A stretch of DNA of 64,000 nucleotides from Acidobacteriota bacterium. Its GTDB lineage: Bacteria > Acidobacteriota > UBA6911 > RPQK01 > JAJDTT01. The notes under the pieces were generated by a model that was given only the letters and a program-made list of their open reading frames with translations, was not told where the DNA came from and did no database searches. Both the position numbers and the translations under genes were made by a program. This document shows positions 57,208 to 64,000 of this stretch, piece by piece (position 1 is the first letter of the stretch; every line of letters starts with the position of its first letter). The stretch is taken from contig OZ253580.1 in the NCBI GenBank assembly GCA_965263035.1, forward strand, positions 3,360,001 through 3,424,000. Reading direction: 5' to 3'.

Positions 57208-57969
57208 ATGACTGAGGAGCAATTCCACGGGATATTGGTCTGGACGATCTTCCTGACTGCCGTTGTGAGCTTCGCGAGCCTATTGGTTCTAGCTGCTCCC
57301 TACGGCCGGCATTACTCCGGAAAGGGCTGGGGACCGCACATTTCCAACCGGACCAGTTGGGTCCTCATGGAGCTTCCGTCGGTGGTTCTCTTCCTGTTCG
57401 TTTATTTCGCTGGAGCAGCCGCATTCCAGACTGTTCCGCTGGTCCTTCTCGGAGTCTGGCAGTGCCACTATCTCAACCGGACGTTCGTCTATCCTCTGCG
57501 CATTCGAACCGCCGGCAAGAAGATGGCTTTTCTGGTGATGGCTTGCGGCTTCACTTTCAACTCGATCAACGCATACGTCAACGCCCGTTTCATCTCCGAA
57601 TTCGGTGAGTACGGGTCGGAATGGCTGGCCGACCCGCGATTCCCGGCCGGTCTCGCCATCTTTCTGGCCGGTCTGGCCCTGAACGTCCACTCTGACAACA
57701 TCCTTTTGAACCTGCGAAAAACCGGGGAGTCCGGGTATGCGATTCCTCAGGGCGGCGCCTTCCGTTACGTCTCGTGCCCGAACTACCTCGGGGAAATAAT
57801 GGAATGGGCGGGCTGGGCGCTGGCGACATGGTCGCCGGCTGGACTGGCCTTCTTCGTATACACCGCGGCAAACCTGATCCCGAGAGCGCGCAGCCACCAT
57901 CAGTGGTACCGGGCGCGGTTTCCTGACTATCCCGCCAACCGAAAATCCCTGATTCCGGGCCTGATCTGA
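57208..57969 (+). CDS. 3-oxo-5-alpha-steroid 4-dehydrogenase (steroid 5-alpha-reductase) family
   Basis: APYGRH, WVLMELP, HYLNR, HSDNILLNLR, YAIPQGG.FRYVSCPNYLGEIMEW, HHQWY, RKSLIP. Confidence 0.92.
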   Translation: MTEEQFHGILVWTIFLTAVVSFASLLVLAAPYGRHYSGKGWGPHISNRTSWVLMELPSVVLFLFVYFAGAAAFQTVPLVLLGVWQCHYLNRTFVYPLRIRTAGKKMAFLVMACGFTFNSINAYVNARFISEFGEYGSEWLADPRFPAGLAIFLAGLALNVHSDNILLNLRKTGESGYAIPQGGAFRYVSCPNYLGEIMEWAGWALATWSPAGLAFFVYTAANLIPRARSHHQWYRARFPDYPANRKSLIPGLI

Positions 57970-57997
57970 CCGTCGCCAGCACAACTCGAAGAAATGA

Positions 57998-58050
57998 TTG
58001 ACAGTGGCCACCAGAACTCTGTATTGTAGAGTAACTCTGTATTACAGAGT
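57998..58050 (+). promoter_or_regulatory. Sigma70 promoter overlapped by two tandem palindromic operators
   Basis: TTGACA (57998)-18 nt-TATTGT (58022); ACTCTGTA-T-TGTAGAGT (58016-58032) and the perfect ACTCTGTA-T-TACAGAGT (58034-58050). Confidence 0.8.
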
Positions 58051-58081
58051 AATATGGTGACCCTGTACTGAGGAGGAATCC

Positions 58082-58651
58082 ATGACCGACAACACGCAAC
58101 TCAAGGAAGACATCGCATATGTTCGCGCCGTCGCCGAACGATCGAGGACGAAGCCTGTACGTCCAATTTATCTTCTGTGGGCGATGATCGGACTATGTGG
58201 ATTCGTGCTGGTCGACTTCGTCGACGACAAGAAGTGGATTAGCATCTACTGGCTCTTCGCTGCACCGATCGGATTCGCGCTGTCGTTCTGGCTCGGTTTC
58301 CGGGCGGGTCGCAACCAGGGCGCCACCAGTCGAGAGACGGGAATTCGCCAAAGTCTTCACTGGCTGGCGTTCATGACTGCTGGCGTGCTTGGTTTGGCGC
58401 TGGTCCATGCAGGACAGTTGACGTGGCAAGGATTCGGATCCCTGTGGGTTCTGCTTCTGGCGTTGACCTATTTTCAACTCGGGCTGCATTTGGAGCGGCG
58501 ATTGTTGCCTATCGGAGTTCTGATGGGGGCCGGGTATCTGGTCACGGTCTGGGTGCCGAAATTCGGCTGGACCGCCACCGGAGTCGTGCTTGCCATCGCG
58601 CTCGTGACCGGAGCCTATCTCGGAGCACCGAAGAGTGAAACCGCCGGCTGA
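58082..58651 (+). CDS. Six-TM membrane protein of unknown function
   Basis: GAGGAGG RBS; LKEDIAYVR N-terminal helix then hydrophobic segments; coupled to the HTH regulator. Confidence 0.8.
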   Translation: MTDNTQLKEDIAYVRAVAERSRTKPVRPIYLLWAMIGLCGFVLVDFVDDKKWISIYWLFAAPIGFALSFWLGFRAGRNQGATSRETGIRQSLHWLAFMTAGVLGLALVHAGQLTWQGFGSLWVLLLALTYFQLGLHLERRLLPIGVLMGAGYLVTVWVPKFGWTATGVVLAIALVTGAYLGAPKSETAG

Positions 58652-58964
58652 TCCCGATCTGCCCGCACTGGATGAGCTGGAAATGCTCAGCGGGCTCCTC
58701 GAGCATCGCGTGCGGCTGGCGATTTGCGTCCTGCTCTCCAAGTACGACGCCATGTCGTTCACTCGCCTCAAGCAGGTGCTCGGCGAGACGGACGGGAGTC
58801 TCGGCGCTCATCTCCGCAAGCTGGAGAGTTCCGGCTATCTGGACGTGGAGAAGGCCTACCGCAACCGGAGACCGGTCACCTGGTACCGGCTCAGCGCCGT
58901 CGGGCGGACCAACCTGAAACGGCACCTTGCCGTCCTGACCCAACTGATCGATCGAGCGGAATAG
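58635..58964 (+). CDS. Winged-helix transcriptional regulator (HTH_34, MarR/ArsR-like)
   Basis: LEHRVRLAI..L; SFTRLK..L.ETDGSLGAHLRKLE..GYL; RPVTWYRLS..GR. Confidence 0.9.
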   Translation: MKPPADPDLPALDELEMLSGLLEHRVRLAICVLLSKYDAMSFTRLKQVLGETDGSLGAHLRKLESSGYLDVEKAYRNRRPVTWYRLSAVGRTNLKRHLAVLTQLIDRAE

Positions 58965-59399
58965 CCGCGGCTGACACCCCATACCGGGCCAGGCGACTCC
59001 GTCGATTTCTGTGTGTTAGCTGCGACAGCACCGGGACAGCCCCGGAATGATCCTTCGAGAGGAGGAGAGCATCAATGGAATAGGAGGGAATCAATGAAAC
59101 CTGTTTCCACCATCCTGTCTGTCTTCATGATCTTGTCGTCCAGTCTCCATTCGGGCCCCGTCCCGGACGTGGCTCACTTGGTGTCGATTGAGGATCTGAG
59201 AGCCGAGATCTCGGACAGAAATGTCAAACGTGCAGGCAACATTCGTGAAATCCAATCTCTGCTCCGGCATCCGGAGGTCCAAAAACTTGGCCACCTTTTC
59301 GATGGGGATTATATACGAAAGTGCCGAAAAAGTTGCCCGTAGGGGTTGATAATGCCGGTACTTTCCTATAGAATATGTCTTGTAAGTCAGGAGGATGCA

Positions 59400-60350
59400 A
59401 TGAGTTACGAGACACGGAACAAGGCACCCGGAAAGGCGTTCCGAGAGGGACTTTCACTTCGCGGATTCTTCAAGAGATTTCCCGACGATAAAGCCGCTGA
59501 GGAATGGTTCATAAAGCAGCGGTGGCCGGAGGAAGTCTGTTGCGTCCATTGCGGCTCCACCAACGTCCAGACCGGAGCCAAGCATCCTTCCATGCCGTAT
59601 CGTTGCCGCGATTGCGGCAAGCGGTTCAGCGTCCGGGTCGGGACGGTTATGCAGTCCTCCAAACTCGGCTATCAGACTTGGTTGCTTGCGACCTACCTCC
59701 TTACTACCAGCCTCAAGAGCGTTTCCTCCATGAAGCTGCATCGTGACCTGGACGTAACACAGAAGACGGCTTGGCACCTTGCTCACCGGATACGGAAAGG
59801 TCTGAACCTGACTGGAATGGCCCTGTTCTCCGGCCCGGTCGAGGCTGACGAGGCGTATCTCGGCGGAAAGCGGAAGCATATGCCGAAGGCCAAACGCGCC
59901 AAACTGGAGGGACGTGGAGCCGTTGGAAAGACGGCCGTGGCTGCCGTCAAAGATCGCCCCTCCAACCAAGTGTCGGCCCGAGTCGTCCCTGACACCAAGT
60001 CTGAAACCCTCTCCCGTTTCGTCTTGGAGCACGTGGGAGAAGATGCCAAGATCTACACGGACGATTCAACCTCTTACGGCCGGCTTGTCCATCACGAGAC
60101 GGTCAGGCATTCTCTTCAGGAGTACGTCAAAGGCAACTGCCACACCAACGGAGCCGAATCATTCTGGTCCATGTTGAAGCGGAGTTACCACGGAACCTTT
60201 CACCACTTCTCGGAACAGCACACCGACCGATACGTTGGAGAGTTTGCCGCACGTCACAACCTAAGGCGCATGGACACGTTGGATCAAATGGCCCTGGTCG
60301 CTGACCGGATGGTGGGAAAGCGGCTGCGTTACAAGGATTTGGTGGGTTGA
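59400..60350 (+). CDS. IS1595 transposase
   Basis: Zn ribbon CVHC..CRDC; VEADEAYLGG; IYTDD; HTNGAESFWSMLKR. Confidence 0.95.
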   Translation: MSYETRNKAPGKAFREGLSLRGFFKRFPDDKAAEEWFIKQRWPEEVCCVHCGSTNVQTGAKHPSMPYRCRDCGKRFSVRVGTVMQSSKLGYQTWLLATYLLTTSLKSVSSMKLHRDLDVTQKTAWHLAHRIRKGLNLTGMALFSGPVEADEAYLGGKRKHMPKAKRAKLEGRGAVGKTAVAAVKDRPSNQVSARVVPDTKSETLSRFVLEHVGEDAKIYTDDSTSYGRLVHHETVRHSLQEYVKGNCHTNGAESFWSMLKRSYHGTFHHFSEQHTDRYVGEFAARHNLRRMDTLDQMALVADRMVGKRLRYKDLVG

Positions 60351-60852
60351 ACGAAAATCGACTGAGCTTTGGAGACAACCTTGAAGTCATGCGGGAGGAT
60401 GTCCCGGATGAATCCGTTGGGAACACACCCAATACATTGGCCTTCCCCATACCATCACACACGCTCAGGAGCTTGCCGGCATCGATAAATTCCGGTTTGA
60501 GAGGTGGGCTGCTGCTCTGGTGGACGGTATGGAGCCGAACCGAATCCAGAGACGGGATGGCGGAATTGACGGCGTGGGACGGCTCCCGATCCGCAAGGGC
60601 CGGTTCATTGACATCGTTTCTCAGGTCAAAGGCGGCTCTACCAATCCCGGACACGTCCAAGCCTTCAACGGCGCACGTCAACAGGCCGGAGCTGATCTCG
60701 GCATCTTCACCTGCTTTCGAGACAGAGTGACCAACGGCATGAGAAATGCCGCCGTCAACGCCGGACGCTTCATGGACCTGCCCAAGATTCAAATCTACAC
60801 GCCGGAAGACTACTTTGAGGGGAAGCAACCTAGGATGCCGAGGGCCGCATGA
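60347..60852 (+). pseudogene. Internally deleted DNA methyltransferase / Mrr-like endonuclease fusion (IS cargo)
   Basis: MTase-like start NRLSFGDNLEVMREDVPDESV breaks at ~60420, before the DPPF motif. Another frame continues IGLP..AQELA..DKFRFERWA..DGGIDG..IVSQVKGG (Mrr D..QxK). Confidence 0.75.
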
Positions 60853-61031
60853 AGAAACCCAGACACAATCCCCAACATCCCACCATCGAACTGGTCAAGG
60901 ATTCCTACCAACCGACCAAGGCCGAACTGGAACAGGATATGCGCGTGGAAGCAGACTTCGAGGAGCTGGCCCGTGCATTGGTCCAGCCCGTGAATATCAG
61001 ATGGATAGACCGGCCACGGAACCGGCGTTAA
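60849..61031 (+). CDS. 60-aa hypothetical protein at the right end of IS1595
   Basis: ATGA overlap with the cargo gene; ELVKDSYQPTKAELEQD; ends 8 bp before the TIR. Confidence 0.65.
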   Translation: MKKPRHNPQHPTIELVKDSYQPTKAELEQDMRVEADFEELARALVQPVNIRWIDRPRNRR

Positions 61032-61369
61032 TGCTCAGGTTTCGGCACTTTCGTATATAATCCCCTTTTCGATCTGGAGAAAATCGAAATTGGAATCCCA
61101 AAACTGGACGACGCCACCTTGGCCAAGCTGGCCGATGAAAGCGCTCGGATGAACGAGCAATTTCAGGCTGGCCACCTGTGCGGTCCGAATTGGACGGCAA
61201 TAGTAGCCGTGGTGGCTACCATGGCCATGATAATTTTAGTGGTTCTAATAACTACGAAATAGGAAGGGTAGATTGAGCTGGTCTACGGAGCTCAATCGGG
61301 CCGTCCGGATTGGAGTGTCATCGCACGTGGAATGTGGTTTCCGTCATAAACAGAGATAGGCGACAGCCG

Positions 61370-61735
61370 TCACCTGCCACGAATCCAGGTCTGCGACCAG
61401 AACAGCATGACAGTGAAGAAGCCCACGGCGAGACCCAGCAACGCCGACCCCGAAATGTTCGTCTGAGCAAGCGGACGAATTGCCTCCAAACCAGACGTCG
61501 CGTCGTTCCACCAGATTGTCATGAGAGCCGCGATGGTGCTGGCGACAAGAATCTCAGACCATGTTTGAATCGTTGCGAGCTTCGACTGTCTCCGATTGTA
61601 CGCAGCGATTCTTGCCATCAGCAGGACGAATTCACGGCTGGGGACCCGGTCGCGTTGCGCTGCGACCTCGCTCTCGAAGGTCGCCCGAAGGAGAGCCTCC
61701 AATTCATCGTCACGCCGATTCCGCAGCTCAGTCAT
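61370..61735 (-). CDS. Putative membrane anti-sigma factor
   Basis: Coupled to the ECF sigma (TAATG overlap); DDELEALLR N-terminus and two TM segments. Confidence 0.6.
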   Translation of the reverse strand: MTELRNRRDDELEALLRATFESEVAAQRDRVPSREFVLLMARIAAYNRRQSKLATIQTWSEILVASTIAALMTIWWNDATSGLEAIRPLAQTNISGSALLGLAVGFFTVMLFWSQTWIRGR

Positions 61736-62256
61736 TAGCCCGCTCCATCCGCAGTTGGGTCAGTCCGGGTCAGGTAAACGGAAAGCTTCTTCCGGGCCCG
61801 AAACGCCAGCACTCGAACGCTTCTCCGCCTGAGGTTCATGATCCCTGCGACCTCCTTGTGGGAGAAGCCCTCTGCGTACAACAACCAAAGCATCTGCTGC
61901 TCGCGCTTTGATAGCGTGCGGAGCCCCTCGCGCAAGGCAAGAATTTCGGCAACGCTCGTAGTTGGCTCAGTTGCCACGACTTGATGTTCCGGTCCCTCCA
62001 GTCTGTTGCGCTTTTGCAAACTGCGGCCGTGATCCGCGATAACGTTTGAAGCGATACGGTACAGATACGCTCGCGTCTCAGGTGCGTCTGGAGTCGTCCC
62101 CATCCGGCTCTCCAAGAATTTGACATAGGTGATCTGGAAAAGGTCGTCGACCGAGTCCCGATCGCTGCAATGGCGGAGAATATAGGCGCGGATAGCCGCT
62201 GCGGTGGCGTCGTAGAACCGTCCGAACGCATCGTCGTTCGAGCCGGACTGCTCCAT
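61735..62256 (-). CDS. ECF RNA polymerase sigma factor
   Basis: DDLFQITY, AYLYRIASNVIADH, LSKREQQML.L...EGFSHKEVA..M; start placed at MEQSG. Confidence 0.9.
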   Translation of the reverse strand: MEQSGSNDDAFGRFYDATAAAIRAYILRHCSDRDSVDDLFQITYVKFLESRMGTTPDAPETRAYLYRIASNVIADHGRSLQKRNRLEGPEHQVVATEPTTSVAEILALREGLRTLSKREQQMLWLLYAEGFSHKEVAGIMNLRRRSVRVLAFRARKKLSVYLTRTDPTADGAG

Positions 62257-62742
62257 CACTCCCAGACTTGTGCCGCGGGACTCGCTAAGGGCTGTCCACG
62301 TCTGCGGAAACGCGCATGTTTCCACGTCCGTTTGCATTGGCGCCGCCGCTTTCTTCACCGTCACGCTCTTCGGCGCGCCACATGACGTAGGTGGACACCG
62401 CAAGGGCAACACCGACTGCCCCTATGATTACAGCAGGGATCAGGAAATCCTCGTCCCGCACAAGTGCCAGGACAGAGAATCCGATACCCATAAACGTCAG
62501 AATCGAAGCCGGGACGAACAGTCCCTTCCATTTCTTGGAGGGTTTTTCACTCTCCAACGCGAGCGCGCTGGCGAGTTTTGATCCCACGGGTCCTTGGATC
62601 GCCTGGGCGAAGGCTTCACCCGTCGAGAACTTCTCGATCATCCGGCGGATAATCTCCGCCCGTTGCTCCTGCGCCCTCCTTCGAGTCACATGGCTGAACC
62701 AAAGAATAAGTACCACCATGGCAAAGACGCCAAGTGGAACTA

Positions 62743-63961
62743 GTACCCAATAACATGTAATTGTTCGTATACTATGGTGGGAGGCTGGAGGACTCGGAAG
62801 GAGGAGTTCTCATGGCACCACGCTATCGTGTCACGCTCACTGTGGAAGAGCGCTCAGAATTGAAGGCCTTGACCCGGGCCGCGACCAAGACCACCGGCAA
62901 GCGGTTCCTGTACGCGCGGGCGCTGTTGTTGTGCGACCGCGGGCCGGAAGGGCCGGGATGGACCGTGGCCCGGGTGGCCGAGGCGCTGGGCGTCTCGGCC
63001 CGCACGATCGAGCACTTGAAACGGCGGTTTGTGGAGCAGGGTTTGGAGTTCGCCTTGGAGCGCAAGCGGCGGGTGCAGCCGCCGCGGAAAGTGATCTTCG
63101 ACGGCGCGTTCGAGGCTCGCTTGGTCGCCTTGGCCTGCTCCCCGGCCCCGCCAGGACGGAAGCGCTGGACCCTGCGCCTGCTGGCGGAGAAAGTAGTGGA
63201 ACTGGGCTGGGTCGAGCGGGTGTCGGTGATGACGGTGCAGCGGACGCTAAAAAAAACCAACTGCAGCCTCATCGGAAGAAGTATTGGCGGATCCCGCCCC
63301 GGGGCAGCGCCGCATTCGTAGCCTGCATGGAGGACGTTTTAGAAGTCTATGCCCGTCCGTACGACCCCCGTCGTCCGGTGGTCTGCATGGACGAGACCAA
63401 CAAGCAGTTGATCGGAGAAGTGCGGGAGCCTTTGCCGGTCGCGCCCGGCCAGCCGGAGCGAGTCGAGCATGAGTATGTGCGCAACGGGGTCGCGCAGATC
63501 TTCCTGGAGGTGGAGCCACTGACCGGCCGCTGCCATGTGGAGGCGACCGAGCGGCGCACGCGACAGGATTGGGCCCGGTGGATCGAGGGCATGTTGGAGA
63601 GGCGATACCCGGAGGCCGAGCGGGTGGTCCTGGTCTTGGACAACCTGAACCCGCACGGAATCGAATCGCTGTACGCGACCTACGAGCCTCGACACGCTCG
63701 CCAACTGGCACAACGACTGGAAATCCACTACACGCCGAAGCACGGCAGTTGGCTCAACATTGCAGAAATCGAATTGAGCGCGCTGTGCGGACAATGCCTG
63801 GACCGCCGGATTCCAAGCCTGGCCGGGATGCAACGTGAGATCGGGGCTTGGGTTGCGGATCGGAACCAACGGCAAACCGAGATCGACTGGCAGTTCAAGA
63901 CGGAGGATGCACGGATCAAGCTGAAGAGCCTGTATCCACAACTTTAAGTGTTATGGGGTAC
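62743..63961 (+). mobile_element. IS630-family element, copy 2 (1219 bp)
   Basis: Same TIRs, CTAG at both ends; differs from copy 1 at only ~5 positions seen by eye. Confidence 0.95.
62812..63947 (+). CDS. IS630 transposase (-1 frameshift at A8C, 63249-63256)
   Basis: Same as copy 1 apart from EATERR versus EAGERR. Confidence 0.93.
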
Positions 63962-64000
63962 TAGTATGTTTTGCAACGGAAACATATTCCTACCTCCTTT

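Larger units (their letters stand above)
59304..61065 (+). mobile_element. IS1595-family element with passenger genes (1762 bp)
   Basis: Perfect 26-bp TIRs GGGGATTATATACGAAAGTGCCGAAA; 8-bp TSD TTTTCGAT (59296-59303, 61066-61073). Confidence 0.95.
59094..61262 (+). pseudogene. Small secreted protein with a C-terminal TM helix (PA2779-like), split by IS1595
   Basis: Removing 59304-61073 restores MKPVSTILSVF...PEVQKLGHLFD|LEKIEIGIPKLDDATLAKLA...AIVAVVATMAMIILVVLITTK* in one frame. Confidence 0.85.
62285..63985 (-). pseudogene. Membrane protein (DUF6249-like), first gene of the ECF operon, disrupted by IS630 after codon 8
   Basis: AAAGGAGG RBS and ATG at 63985; removing the IS gives MFPLQNIL|VPLGVFAMVVLILWF...RAEIIRRMIEKF in frame. 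Confidence 0.85.

Noticed and set aside
60347-60730. 127-aa ORF as a real protein
   Set aside because: Only the first ~24 aa are MTase-like; the rest is out-of-frame read-through past the deletion junction.
1-64000. tRNA, rRNA, integrase or prophage genes
   Set aside because: None recognised by eye; tRNAscan and cmscan were not run.

Overview
GC-rich bacterial chromosome segment. A GWxTD protein, an Acidobacteria-type TonB-dependent receptor, PSD1/DUF1501 modules, TauD and cargo-carrying IS1595 suggest Acidobacteriota, possibly a marine or sponge-associated lineage (inference). Most genes are secreted glycan/organic-acid catabolic proteins: four Asp-box (BNR/sialidase-like) paralogues, GH10-like, GH38, beta-propeller and FG-GAP proteins, a HEAT-repeat/sodium:solute symporter fusion, two PSD1 cytochrome c proteins, SDRs and two enolase-superfamily enzymes. 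There is also an unusual E2-SucCD-ferredoxin-E1beta-E1alpha catabolic operon. The mobilome is rich. (1) An IS110 recombinase, missing from the ORF track, has an upstream non-coding end that folds like a bridge RNA; its guide segments match the element's own junction and a REP palindrome, and an empty copy of that target lies at 47754-47765. (2) A ~160-bp MITE occurs twice, once inserted in frame in a CDS. (3) Two IS630 copies sit in CTAG sites, one disrupting the first gene of an ECF sigma operon. (4) An IS1595 element with a deleted MTase-Mrr cargo splits a small secreted-protein gene. (5) A DinJ antitoxin is paired with an internally deleted YafQ toxin. No rRNA, tRNA or CRISPR array was seen. 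All calls are by eye; no database searches were run.
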